Of a DNA stretch of 64,000 bases, positions 14,240 to 26,405 are shown one piece after another. A program made the position numbers and the translations under genes. The notes under the pieces are model-generated. The model searched no databases. It saw only the letters and a list, made by a program, of their open reading frames with translations, and was not told the origin of the DNA. The DNA is from Leucoraja erinacea. Its lineage: Eukaryota. Location: the NCBI RefSeq assembly GCF_028641065.1, contig NC_073409.1:7254001-7318000 (forward strand), in the 5' to 3' direction. Numbering within the stretch: the first letter of the stretch is position 1; each line of letters opens with the position of its first letter.

Positions 14240-15149
14240 TGTGATCGCGGTATAGTTCCTTTTTATCTCTCCATCCAAATAGTTTACACAATACACAACA
14301 CACTTCATGAAAGTCTGTATCTTCTTTCTATTTATTTTCTTAATTCAAAGGGAGGGTTTCATCCACTCTTTCTTATTCCAACCATAACAGCAAGAAGCAC
14401 GAGGAATCTGACACATTCCAAGCCAACAGTTTATCAAACAGTTTACAAATTTGTTCACAAAGCCACACTCCTCCAGAAAACATAACTACCGGTTACTGCA
14501 AGCCTAGCTTCTTCGTGTAAAATAGACCATGGATTTTTATAGGGATAAAGAGATAGCCAAGCTTCTATCTGTGTATATATTTTCCTGTATTTCGACTCAT
14601 CTTTTCATTGAAGGCTTTGCATTTCTTTCTCGTATCAAAGTCTCCTAAGTTGTTATTTTTTCTGGATTTGATGCAAAGCCTTTGGACATATTCCTACATT
14701 AGTCATTTGGCTTACACCCATCAGCTATTTTGAACTCTATTATCAATTTAATTGAGAATTGGGCGTTGAGTGTAGGAGACAGGATCAGGTTGTAGCTTTA
14801 TAGGAGTTTGGTTTGGGAGTGTGGTGCAAAAGAGGCGAGCCAGAATCTTTGTGGAGAGTACTGACTATGAGGAGAAGTTGGACAGACAGATCGGATTGTT
14901 TTCTTTGGAAAGTCAGAGGTTGCGGGGAGACCTGATAAAACTATATAACATTGTGAAAGGCATAGATAGGGTAGACAGTCAGAACCTTTGTCTCAGGGTG
15001 GAAATGTCAAAAACTAGAGGGCACAGCTTTAAAGGAGGTTTGTGGGGCGGGTTTTTTGCACAGAGAGTTTTGGGGATTGGAACACGCTACCAGGAGTGGT
15101 GTTGAAGGCAGATGGCAGTGGCATTTAAAAGACTTTAGATAGGCACCAT

Positions 15150-15465
15150 TTAAACTTTAGAGATACAGCATGAAAACAGGCCCTTTGGCCCACTGAGTCC
15201 ACACCGACCAGCGATCAACCCAGACATCAGCACTATCCTACACACAAGGGACAATTTCCAATTTTTGCCAAAGCCAATTAACCTACAAACTTGTATGTCT
15301 TTGGAGTGTGGGAGGAAACCGGAGCACCCAGAGAAAACCCACGTGGTCACAGGAAGAATGTACGAACTCTGTACAGGCAGCACCTGTAGTCAGGATCGAA
15401 CCCTGGCCTCTGGCACTGTAAGGCAGCAACTACTGCTGTAAGGTAGCAACTCTACTGTGCCACCC
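15150..15465 (-). mobile_element. V-SINE (HE1-like)
   Basis: Reverse-complement copy of the same SINE. Others lie at ~1281-1367, 31275-31550, 32085-32665 (split by a LINE piece), 37378-37795, 58318-58550 and 61110-61883 (split). Confidence 0.75.
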
Positions 15466-16335
15466 GAGTGGGCAAGCAATGGAGGGATATGGATCACGTA
15501 CTGGCAGAGGAGATTAGTTTATCTTGGCATCATGTCTGGCACAGACATTATGGGCTGAAGGGCCTGTTCCTGTGCTGTACTGTTCTATGCTCTATTTCAC
15601 TCTGAAATTCATTTGCAGCAAATGCAATGCTGAAACATAAACCAGATATAATGGTTCAATGCAAAATGGGAAACACCTTTCAGATACCAAGGAGTCAAGG
15701 GATATGGACAGAAAGGAAGAACAGTAGATCTGAATTGATCATCATCATATAAATGGTAGAACAGACTAAAGGGGTGAATGATCTACTCCTGCACATGTGT
15801 TCCTCTGTTGTACCAAGTGCTGGAATATATCCAGCATACAATCTTTCACTAAAGATAAGATTGGTGCTCCAAAAATAAAAGTAATTATATAGACAAGTTA
15901 AAACAATATTGCTTGCAAAACTGTCTTATGAGCCCAGTCAATAGAAACTTGCACCCTGATTTCCATGTACATGTTAGGGATAACACCAGCAGCAGAAACT
16001 GTGAATGGCAAGTATTTAAAGATGTGTCCTTCAGTGGTGTCCTTTTGATATGGTAATACTGGACGTCTGATGAGAATAACATCACGAGTAGTTTAAAAAT
16101 AGTTTTAATTAATTAATTAATGGAATGGGAATATCAGCCAAAAGGGTATCAAGAAAGCATTGAGGCATTTGAACACAATTGCCGGAAAAGTGATGTATTT
16201 ATAATGCTCAATGCTGGGAGCTGGAGGTTAGATCTCCTGGAAACATTGTCTGATGTGGAGTGCAGACCAAAGTAGAGGGAATGAAAATGACATTAATTCT
16301 TCTTTAGGCTTGACTTACCAGTAGCCACACATGAT

Positions 16336-16798
16336 TTCCAGATGGCGGGACTGCCATATGCTGAGCGAATGGAGCGGCTGGGCTTGTATACTCTGGAGTT
16401 TAGAAGGATGAGAGAGAATCTTATTGAAACAGATAGGATTATTCAGGGTTTGGACACACAAGAGGTAGGTAACATGTTCCCGATGTTGGGGGAGTCCAGA
16501 ACCAGGGGCCACAGTTTAAGAATAAGAGGTAAGCCATTTAGAACGGAGACGAGGAAACACTTTTTTACACAGAGTGGTGAGTCTGTGGAATTCTCTGCCT
16601 CAGAGGGAGGTGGAGGCCGCTTCTCTGGATACTTTCAAGAGAGAGTTAGATAGGGCTCTTAAAGATAGCGGAGTCAGAGGATATGGGGCGAAGGCAGGAA
16701 CTGGGTACTGGTTGGGGATGATCAGCCGTGATCACATTGAATGGCGGTGCTGGCTCGAAGGGCCGAATGGCCTACTCCTGCACCTATTGTCTATTGTC
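16336..16798 (+). mobile_element. CR1/HER1 LINE 3' fragment
   Basis: Encodes RLGLYTLEFRRMR...ESRTRGHSLRIRG; conserved 3'UTR GGCTCGAAGGGCCGAATGGCCTACTCCTGCACCT with a (CTATTGT) tail. Confidence 0.88.
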
Positions 16799-18173
16799 AT
16801 TCATTCATAGTCGTGTGGCGGGTAGCGAGTCGCCTCTTCGGGAGCCGGAGTAAGAAGCTGTACATGGAGCCACTCCGAGGGAAACCAGCCGCTTCCTTCA
16901 CCGGCTTCCAGCGGTCCCCCTGGATATTGTAGACCAGAGTCAACATTCTGTTGACGGTAAACACCCGGTCGCCTCTGACGGTGGCTGTGAAAAGTGCCCC
17001 TTTACTGTTGACATAATACCCGGAGAGGCTGCTCCACTGGTCCCGGGTCAGGTTGTAACAATCTATGAAGCATCTCAGAAAGTCGTCGGCCGGTCCGTTT
17101 CTCATCACGTACAGGTTGTCTACGTGGGACACCATGCAGTGGCCGTAGCTCTGCTGGCGCCTGAGCGTGGTCACTAGAGTCCACTCGTCCCCCTGGGTCC
17201 CGTACTCGTAAATGTCCGTGGTCTCCATGGGGAACCAGAGACACACGAACGTTCGGCCCATCGCTCGAGTGCACGCCACCCCTTCCCCGGGTCTGGGCAG
17301 CGGGGCAACCGAGGACCAAGAGTTGGAGGCGACGTGAAACCTCTCCACGGTGGCCACCACTTTACCCTTGCACACGCCACCGATGGCGAAGAGGCTGCCG
17401 TCTTGGCCGCTCAGAGCCACGTTGTGGCGAAGGTATTGGCCGCAAGGAAACTCGCTCCAGCTGTCCCTGTCTGTGTTGTAGCAAAAGTTAGTTGGCACCA
17501 CCCGTTTGCTCACGCCGTCCACTCCTCCCACTATGTAGATGCTGTTGTCCATGACTGTGATGCCGGCGAGGGATGTGCTGGCCGGCTCGGGCAACCAGGT
17601 GAGATCTCTCCACACATTGTCCGCCTCGTCCAGGTAACAGATGGTCCTGGAGTGATCCTGGAGATGTTGGGGAGAGGGGGAGTGGGTGGTCATGGCTACC
17701 AGTGTACTGGGGGACAGGGATTCGATGTAGTCCAGTTGATCCTGGGCCAGGTAGCTCAGCTCCTGCCGTACATCGGGATGCAGGTCCCTGATGTAGAGTG
17801 CCGAGGCGTGGAGCAGCTCGGGGAGCCCATACACGGCGGCGGCCTGCAGCATCAGCGCGCAGTTGCCGGGGCTGATGCAGTGGACCATGTGCTGGCTCAG
17901 GGGCCTCGCCTGCAGGAAAGCCGCGCACTCGGCAGCGTCTCCGATCTCCTCCTCGCCGCTCAGAGCCGGCCGCTCGCCCGCCAGCACCTGCACGGTCAGG
18001 GCGAAGCCCCGGGCCGCCAGCAGCGGCAGCACCATCTCCTCCTGGCCGCTCTCCCGCATGCCCGAAGCGAACAGAGCCCTGAAATAGTCGCTGCCCTCGC
18101 TCAGCTCCCGCCGGCCCACCGTGAACACCCGCTGCTCCACCTTCAGTCGCACCGAGCCCGGCACCTGCTGCAT
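16797..18173 (-). CDS. KBTBD13: Kelch repeat and BTB domain-containing protein 13 (single exon, 458 aa)
   Basis: Intronless ORF with an N-terminal BTB (SDYFRALFASGMRES) and kelch repeats (IYIVGG, LFAIGG). K391 and R409 have the 18-residue spacing of human NEM6 residues K390/R408. Lies between UBAP1L and RASL12 as in human. Confidence 0.95.
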   Translation of the reverse strand: MQQVPGSVRLKVEQRVFTVGRRELSEGSDYFRALFASGMRESGQEEMVLPLLAARGFALTVQVLAGERPALSGEEEIGDAAECAAFLQARPLSQHMVHCISPGNCALMLQAAAVYGLPELLHASALYIRDLHPDVRQELSYLAQDQLDYIESLSPSTLVAMTTHSPSPQHLQDHSRTICYLDEADNVWRDLTWLPEPASTSLAGITVMDNSIYIVGGVDGVSKRVVPTNFCYNTDRDSWSEFPCGQYLRHNVALSGQDGSLFAIGGVCKGKVVATVERFHVASNSWSSVAPLPRPGEGVACTRAMGRTFVCLWFPMETTDIYEYGTQGDEWTLVTTLRRQQSYGHCMVSHVDNLYVMRNGPADDFLRCFIDCYNLTRDQWSSLSGYYVNSKGALFTATVRGDRVFTVNRMLTLVYNIQGDRWKPVKEAAGFPRSGSMYSFLLRLPKRRLATRHTTMNE

Positions 18174-21055
18174 GGCGCCTCGCTGCCCGGTACCGGTTAC
18201 ACTCCCGTTACTGGCTGCACGGTGAATCTCTCCCCGGTACCGGCTACACGGTGCGGCTCAGCCCCGGCACCGGCGGGGGGTCCTGGAGAAAGGAGCGCAC
18301 TGTCTCTGTTTCGGGGCAGCAGGACAGGGACTCACACCACGGCCAATGTCCAAGGGGACAGACAGGGTCTGTGGGGAACCCGTGGCCACGGCCCAGCCTG
18401 TGAGCTATTAATATCGGGTCCCCGGAGAGCGGGCGACATAGCAGGTGCAGTCAGCGGGTTATTTTGGATGAAACTGGAGAGCGGTGGTCAGCCTTGCCAT
18501 CAGTCCCCGCGCCTCTCCGGCAATCCTGCACCGGATCCGACCCCCACTCTCACTGCGTGGCCACGGGCACTGTCTGTCTCCCCCCCGGGGTCCAGACTCT
18601 GCTAGAGTAACTGAACGGAACTGGCAGCATCTCTGGAGAGAAGGGAAGGGTGACGTGTTGGGTCTAAAGAAGGGCCTCTGCCCGAAACGTTACCCATCCC
18701 TTCTTCCCAGAGATGCTGCCTGTCCAGCTGAGCTACTCCAGGGGTGGTAGTCAAAGGGGAAATTAGCAATTTCTCTCACTGACATTTTGATCATCATCGG
18801 TAAAGTCAGTCATGTAGTGTTCAGCGGGTCAGGCAGCATCTCTGGAGAAAATGATAGGTGACTTTTCGGGTCGAGACCCGTCATCAGACTGAGTCTTAAG
18901 TCTCCCTCAATCTGAAGAAGGGTCTCGACCCGAAATGTTCCCTATTCCATCTCCCCAGAGATGCTGCCTGACTCCAGCATTTTTGATGCAAACCAGCATC
19001 TGCAGTTCCTTCCTACACATTATATAGTGCGCCGTCTCTACGTTAAAACACTTTGAAACCAATTGGATCAAGTTATAAGAGATCTGAGGATACAAAGTCA
19101 CAGATGCGTAGAAGTATATAACACATCAGCAAGCCTATGGAATGGAAATCAAAACACAGCAAATGCCGGGAACACTCAGAAACTGCAGAGAGAGAAACAT
19201 ATTTAGCATGTCCAGTTTAAGATAACGATCCGAGCATTTGACAAAGTGCATTTGATCTGAACCATTAACCTTGTTTATTTCCCACTAGCCCTGTTGAGAT
19301 GTTCCAGCCCTTTCTCTTTTCTCACCCACAAGCCATTTGGCCCATCAGGTGCCTGCTAGTTCTTTGAAAGTGTTGACCAGTTTCCTTGGATTATAGTCCT
19401 GCATTTTCTCCTTTTAAATATAGATGTAATTCCCATTTGAAAGTTAGCTCCCTTGGTCTCTTAGTTTAAAAATTAAATATTTGTTGGTTACACTGGAGCC
19501 GCGATTTGGTCCTGAACGATGGAATTGGGCAGAGTGAATTGGGATGGGTTTAATCATTTTGTAATATTTATCTTCTTCTAACAGTTGTGGGACTTTCTGC
19601 CAAATTCATAACTGCAGTTGCGGAGGTTTAAAGATCAGCTGCGTTTGACCCGGAGGCAACTATCTCACAGACCCAGTCACAGCCCTCATCGCTTTCTTAC
19701 CATGATTTGCTTCACTGAAACAGTTTCTGTGAACCAAACCATAATAACTAGAACTTTCCATGCCGCTCGGAGACAACGTGCACAATGTCTCAAAGCCCAG
19801 AATAAACAGAACTGCAGGAATATAAATATCCCAGAGTTTGCCATTGTGTTTGCAACGCTGCTAATGCCTCTGAGCTCAGAGATGAATGAGTGGACTCAAA
19901 CTGCTTCACTTTGAGCAACGCTGCCAAGTTGGTTATTTTTGGATACCCTGCAGTGTGGGACGTTAAACAAGCTTGTCAATTCCAAGGGAACATATCACAA
20001 GGCTCGGTATTTCATGATCCTCGTTGGGTGTGGTTTGAGTGATCATTGTTGGTGTTTTGTAACTACAGATTTCACCAGATAGTTTCAGGTGGACGTTTAT
20101 GAGCTGTTAGACTACACACTCTTTGATTTTGTGACTAGAAGTCGTCTTAATTGAACATCACAGCTGCAGTGTAAAGCAAGTTGGATGGACAACATAATAA
20201 AGAACCATACCGTACAGGTGCAGGCCTTTCCATCCACAACGTCTGTACCAAATATGAGACCAAGATAAAGTGATATCACCTGCATACACTTAATGAATAT
20301 CCCTCCTTTCCTTGCATATTTCCGTGTCTGTCTGAAGGTCTCTTAAACGACACTGTCTATCTGCCTCGACCACAACCCTTGCAGTGCATTCCAGGTACCC
20401 ACGCAGATCAATCCCAGCACGGACATAGCCAATCGGAGCTTTCACAAAAGGAATCGGCTTTGGGGGAAGTGTGTTGAGCTGGGTCTGATGAGAAGGCAGT
20501 GGAGTTTGGATGGGTCAAATGGTCTCATCTTGTGCTTGGGAAATGTTTTAATTTAAAGGCCACGTTGCAACGTAGACCACAAATCCTTGTATATCTCCCT
20601 TCAGAAAAAAATATTTTGCATTTTTCAAGTGCTTTCACCAACTGATAATTGCTGAGCCTGGATTCAAGAATGCAGATACGCGATTACGTTGCTTTTTTCA
20701 TCTGCGTGTGGAATGTTTCTTGGCGAAACTGTGAAGTGTTGAGAGCCCGGGCAAGCTTGCAACATTACAACTATAGCAATCGCGTTCTCTGTACCTTATG
20801 ATGAATGGCGTTTGCAAATTCTGCACGGGAAGAAAAAAAACTCTCTGAGATCCACGCTGAGTGTGGTTGGGGTGTTCATTGTTCGTGTTTAGTAACTGCA
20901 GATTTCGCCAGGTAGATTCGGGTGGACGGCTGTGAGCTGTTAGACTAAACACTCTTTGATTTTGTGACCAGAAGTCATCTTAATTGGACATCCCAGCTGC
21001 AGTGTAATGATGATCTAAATAAAAACAAAGAAAGGGTAGATCATAAGATCATGTG

Positions 21056-21243
21056 TTTAAGAAGGAACTGCAGATGCTGGAAAATCGAAGCTATACAAAA
21101 AAGCTGGAGAAACTCAGCAGGTGCAGCAGCATCTATGGAGCGAAGGAAATAGGCAACGTTTCGTCCCGAAACGTTGCCTATTTCCTTCGCTCCATAGATG
21201 CTGCTGCACCCGCTGAGTTTCTCCAGCTTTTTTTTGTGTACCT
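21056..21243. mobile_element. Short foldback Penelope-type non-autonomous element with a 15-bp direct repeat
   Basis: Palindrome centred on GGCAACGTTTCGTCCCGAAACGTTGCC; TCATAAGATCATGTG at 21041-21055 and 21244-21258. Family copies occur throughout, e.g. ~651, 1560, 5255, 8285, 9587, 12337, 18820, 23140, 25690, 28738, 30160, 42014, 46535, 49888, 54420, 57270 and 60325. The Penelope assignment is an inference. Confidence 0.65.
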
Positions 21244-21955
21244 TCATAAGATCATGTGATAGGAACAGAATTAGGCCGTTCGGCCCATCAAGTCTACTCC
21301 GCCATTCAATCACGGCTGATCTATCTCTCCCTCCTAACTAACCCCATTATCCGGCCTTCTCCCCATAGCATCTGACACAAGTACATAGAAACATAGAAAT
21401 TAGGTGCAGGAGTAGGCCATTCGGCCCTTCGAGCCTGCACCGCCATTCAATATGATCATGGCTGATCATCCAACTCAGTATCCCGTACCTGCCTTCTCTC
21501 CATACCCTCTGATCCCCTTAGCCACAAGGGCCACATCTAACTCCCTCTTAAATATAGCCAATGAACTAATCAAGAATCTAGCTATCTCTGCTTTAAAAAT
21601 ACCCACTGACTTGGCCTCCACGGCCTTCTGTGGTAAAGAATTCCACAGATTCACCACCACAGATTCATGAAGGTGCAGTGGGTGTGAGGGGGAGGAGAGT
21701 TAACAACCAGCAGAGACGAACGAGAACAAAATTCAGGACACAGATAAAATTGAAGTTAAAGTCAACAATTAAGTGAAATTAAAACAACACAAACCTTCAG
21801 AGTTAAACGATGTTTATCCTTTGAGTGAAGCAGTCACCCTGCCTAAAATGGCAACATTCCCTGACTTTTATTGAGGAATCGTGAACCTGTCACCCTAACA
21901 ACCTTGTGGCGTTATGTACTTGGTATTCGATTACTATTGTGATGTGTACTGAAAT

Positions 21956-22387
21956 ACAGTGAAAGACAGTGAAAGACCGTGAAGGCAGTGAAAGACAGTG
22001 AAAGACAGTGAAAGGCAGTGAAAACAGTGAAAGACAGTGAAAGACAGTGAAAGAGTGAAGACAGTGAAGACAGTGAAGACAGTGAAGACAGTGAAGACAG
22101 TGAAGGCAGTGACAGTGAAGGCAGTGAAGGCAGTGAAGAAGTGAGAGTGAAGACAGTGAAGACAGTGATGACAGTGAAGGCAGTGAAGACAGTGAAGACA
22201 GTGAAGACAGTGAAAGACAGTGAAGGCAGTGAAGACAGTGAAGACAGTGAAATACAGTGAAGGACAGTGAAGACAGTGAAGGCAATGAAGACAGTGAAGA
22301 CAGTGAAGGCAATGAAGACAGTGAAGACAGTGAAGGCAATGAAGACAGTGAAGACAGTGAAAGACAGTGAAAGGCAGTGAAAGGCAG
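21956..22387 (+). repeat. Purine-rich minisatellite (CAGTGAAGA / CAGTGAAAGA / CAGTGAAGG)n
   Basis: About 430 bp of 9-10-nt units; explains the low-complexity ORFs at 21890-22482. Confidence 0.95.
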
Positions 22388-24199
22388 CTATCCTGTCCCA
22401 CCAACAACACTTGAGTACAGGCCAAGTCGCGCACAAGTACAAGATGCAGAGCAAAGCGACCAACACCCGTGCAGAAGATCATGTTTTAACGTTGTGGCTT
22501 TAGATTTCCAAATAGCATCTGAGCAAGTTCTATCAAAAGCAAATTAAAATCAAAACTGGGGGGAGGGGGGGGGGGGTGTTCGTGTTCAGATCTTGGGTGT
22601 GTTTAGATTAAGACTGGAGTGAAACAGACAGGTTGGAGCTGCAATGGGAGGATAGAGAGATTCACCGTGGGTGTTGATATTCTGTTGGCTCAGCACAAGG
22701 TACTTTCAAACCATGCACCGATGACGCTAACCCGTTTAGTTGGGGCAGTGCAGGTCGCTGTTAATTCTAAATACAAATATTGAGCAGAGTGAAGAGTGCA
22801 TGGCTCAGGGTTCTGAGTTCCGCCCCGAAACGTCACCCATCGTTTCTCTCCAGAGATGCTGCCTGGACCGCCGAGTTACTCCAGCACGTTATGTCTATCT
22901 TTGTTTCAGAGTGGATTGCGCTTAGTTTATCGAGCCTGTCTTCCCCGGCTCCGAGATAAGAGAGTGGTGGTCAAACAGGAGATAGAGGGCAGAGAGAGGC
23001 GCGGAGTGTCAGAGGACTGAAGGGACATGGGCCGTTCTGCCTTGAGATAAATTGTTTACAAGAAGATCACAAAGAGGCGCGCATTAGTTGAAACCGTGTT
23101 TTTGAACTAAATTCTCGGGGGAGACAAAGGGGTGATTGAAGATGGAGTAACTCAGCGGGACAGGCAGCATCTCTGGAGAGAACAACTTGGTGACGTTTCG
23201 GGTCGAGACCCCCCCTTCCTCAGACCCGAAACGTCACCCATTCCTTCTCTCCAGGGATGCTGCCCGTTCCGCTGAGTTACTCCAGCATTTTATGTCTATC
23301 TTTAGTTTAAACCAGCATCTGCAGTTCCTTCCTACACATTCAAACCGGTTACCGATAACTTCGTTAGTTACTTTTCCTTGCCGTTCCAAAGAATGCCTGG
23401 GATGAACTGATCAATATTGTCACTGAATTTCATCCAATGACCCCACACATGCGTTGCATGTATAACATGATCTGATCATCACTGCCGTTCTAATATTTTA
23501 ATGCAACTTCAGATTATTTGAATATATTAATCTCAGTAAAAGCGAATTTAAATAAATAAAGGTGAACCTGGCATTTATCAGCCATCCCAGTGAAACTGCC
23601 GAACATATTGTGGGTGATGGTTTAAATATTGGCATTAACATGAAAGTGGAAGTTTAATCCAGCTTTAAGTGTTCTTAATCCAACTTGTCAAAGCATCGGA
23701 GGGTTGAAAACAATTGAAAATTAAAAAGGGCAGAATGTTCGAAATCTAACACGTAGATTCGCATAGATAACACACGGAATCTAACACGCGGAGAGAGGCA
23801 GAGATAGATAGATTCTTGATTAGTATGGGCGTCAGGGGATTATGGTGAGAAGGCAGGAGACTGGGGTAAGGAGGGAGAGATAGATCGGCGAAGTAGACTT
23901 GATGGGCCGAATGACCTCCTTTCTCATCCTATCACTTATGATTTTATGCCATAGATTCACATACACGACACACGAAATCTAACGCAGCGTGCAGCCGGAG
24001 TGCATCACACGGCATGTGTGTCCAGGCTGACATTGCCAACAATCATCCCACACTTACACAGTCCGGCATTTAACCCGGACCCGCTGCCTGACCCGCTGAT
24101 GTTTTTCCAACACTTTCGTGTGAAGTGTAAAGAGTTCGTCGGCTGTTGCAAAAGGGAGTGAGACTGGCAGGAGAGTTTAGCAGGAACATGACCGCGATT

Positions 24200-24950
24200 A
24201 GTTAGTTGCTCCCCAGACTCACACACTCCCGGAGACTGAGAAGGGCTGACGGGGGAGACGGGGAGGGGTCCTGGCCGGAGGGAGCGCCGGCTTCACTGGG
24301 ACAGCGTGAGGATGGGGAGCTCCCCCCACCCCGTTCGCCCCTGGCCACTCGGCCCTCCCTCCGCTGCCCGCCCGGCGGGTCCGTGACGGCGAGAGTGGCG
24401 ACTTCCTTACAAGGAGCGCAGCTGCGGATCAAAGCGCCGGCGCCCTGGTCAATGTCAGCAGCGACTCCCCTCCTGCCCGGGATCGTCCCCTCCCACGGGG
24501 CGGTTCCCTCCCGCGGAGGCGGCCCCTGACAGCTACCCCCCCCCCCCCCCCCCTCTCCCCCCGCCGGCCCAGGGGCGCGGAGCTCCGGTGCGGACCCGCC
24601 TGCTGACAGTCGCCGTGTAGCAGACGGCGGGGAATGTTTGGGAAGGTCCGGGTGGTCACTTTGCCGGGCGCCCCGGACCGGGAGCGGGACCGAGCCCACC
24701 ACCCACCCACCCCGGAATGTAGCATCGCCATCCTGGGCTACGCCGGCTCCGGTAAATCCGGTGAGTTCCGCCCGCGTCCCGCGTCCCGTGAGCGGGCAGT
24801 TGCAACCCCCAGCGCTAGCCCCACAGGGCGGGCGGGCAGGAGGGTCGGTATTGGACTCAGTTCCCTTGATCCCGGTCCTTGGCCAGGTCTCGCCGGTGAA
24901 ACTGCAGCCTGAGCGGGCAATGCCGGCCTGAGCCGCGCCGCCTCCAACAC
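24200..24950 (+). promoter_or_regulatory. CpG island at the RASL12 promoter and exon 1
   Basis: Marked GC/CpG enrichment spanning the RASL12 start codon. Confidence 0.6.
24634..24760 (+). CDS. RASL12: RAS-like family 12, coding exon 1 (G1/P-loop GYAGSGKS)
   Basis: ATG at 24634; MFGKVR...IAILGYAGSGKS; donor TCCG|gtgagt; lies in a CpG island. Confidence 0.88.
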
Positions 24951-24988
24951 TCAGCACCCTGACATTAATTAAACCTCTGCTCTTTCAG

Positions 24989-25045
24989 CTCTCACCGTGA
25001 AGTTTCTGACTAAAAGATTCATCAGCGAGTATGACCCGCACTTGG
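24989..25045 (+). CDS. RASL12: RASL12 coding exon 2
   Basis: tttcag|CT CTC ACC...TTG G|gtaag; (A)LTVKFLTKRFISEYDPHL. Confidence 0.93.
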
Positions 25046-25897
25046 GTAAGTGCCTGGAGTTTTCTCATTTATAACGTTACATTTCAACCTGTCTCCACGT
25101 AGGATATAAGCTTTGGGGAACACTAGCAAGTTAATTCGCGCTGGAGTTTGAGCTCACACACGGAATCGTCCTCTACACGCGTTCCCAAGATAGACTGAAG
25201 AAGGGTCTCAACCCGAAACTTCAGCCATTCCTTCTCTCCGCAGATGCTGCCTGTCCCGCGGAGTTACTCCCGCGTTTTGCGTCTGTCTTCGGTGTAAACC
25301 AGCACATGCAGTTCCTCCCTACACATTCCCAAGAGTGGGGCATGTCAGTTGTTGAGGAATAGTTTCAGCACGACCCCTGGATGTTGCCCGACCCCTGGAT
25401 GTTGCCCGACCGACCCATGGACCGTTTCCTTGTTCATCGTTGCTTCTTGTATATCTTTTATTCGTTTCTTCTGTGTGGCAGGAGAGTTACATTTCAACTC
25501 TATGTCGCCGTCTATGTGTCTCGCGTTTCCCTTTCCCCTGACTCAGTCTGAAGAAGGGCTCTCGATGGGCCATCTGCATTTAACATAAATCCCATACATT
25601 TTCATATTATCGTCTCTCCAGAGGTACTACTGCCTGTCCCGCTGAGTTACGACAGCATTTTGTGTCTATGTTAGTGCATTATGAAGGGACACATAAATAA
25701 ATGCTGGAGAAACCCAGCGGGTGCAGCGGCATCTATGGAGCGAAGGAAATAGGCAACGTTTCGTCCCGAAACGTTGCCTATTTCCTTCGCTCCATAGATG
25801 CTGCTGCACCCGCTGAATTTCTCCAGCATTTTTGTTTACCTTCGATTTTCCAGCGTCTGTAGTTCCTTCTTAAACACAGTGCATTATGAGTTTGAAA

Positions 25898-26282
25898 TAT
25901 AGAAACATAGACATAGAAATTAGGTGCAGGAGTAGGCCATTCGGCCCTTCGAGCCTGCACCGCCATTCAATATGAGCATGGCTGATCATCCAACTCAGTA
26001 TCCCGTACCTGCCTTCTCTCCATACCCCCTGATCCCCTTAGCCACAAGGGCCGCATCTAACTCCCTCTTAAATATAGCCAATGAACGGGCCTCAATTACC
26101 CTCTGTGGCAGAGTGTTCCAGAGATTCACCACTCTCTGTGTGAAAAAAGTTCTTCTCATCTCGGTTTTAAGGATTTCCCCCTTATCCTTAAGCTGTGACC
26201 CCTTGTCCTGGACTTCCCCAACATCGGGAACAATCTTCCTGCATCTAGCCTGTCCAACCCCTTAAGAATTTTGTAAGTTTAA
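25898..26282 (-). mobile_element. CR1/HER1 LINE 3' fragment
   Basis: Near-identical to 38351-38730. Similar fragments at ~21383-21660, 26595-26930, 29268-29600, 32185-32485 and 60558-60745. Confidence 0.88.
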
Positions 26283-26331
26283 ATAGGCACTGGCACAATG
26301 GTGACTCGTCATTGCTGATATTTGCTTGCAG

Positions 26332-26405
26332 AAGATATCTACACCACGGAAGAAATCGTGGATCACCAGTCGGTGTTCTTAAAGATAATGGACACGGCAG
26401 ACCAG
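26332..26405 (+). CDS. RASL12: RASL12 coding exon 3 (G3 DTADQ)
   Basis: ttgcag|AA GAT...GAC CAG|gtaacg; (E)DIYTTEEIVDHQSVFLKIMDTADQ. Confidence 0.93.

Noticed and set aside
17334-18605. 423-aa ORF antisense to KBTBD13
   Set aside because: Shadow ORF of a GC-rich CDS with a GTG start and no recognisable domain.
21890-22482. HCL/SSL/FTV repetitive ORFs resembling metal-binding proteins
   Set aside because: Translations of a 9-bp minisatellite, open in all three minus frames.
24202-24957. 251-aa minus-strand Gly/Pro/Arg-rich ORF
   Set aside because: CpG-island shadow ORF overlapping RASL12 exon 1.
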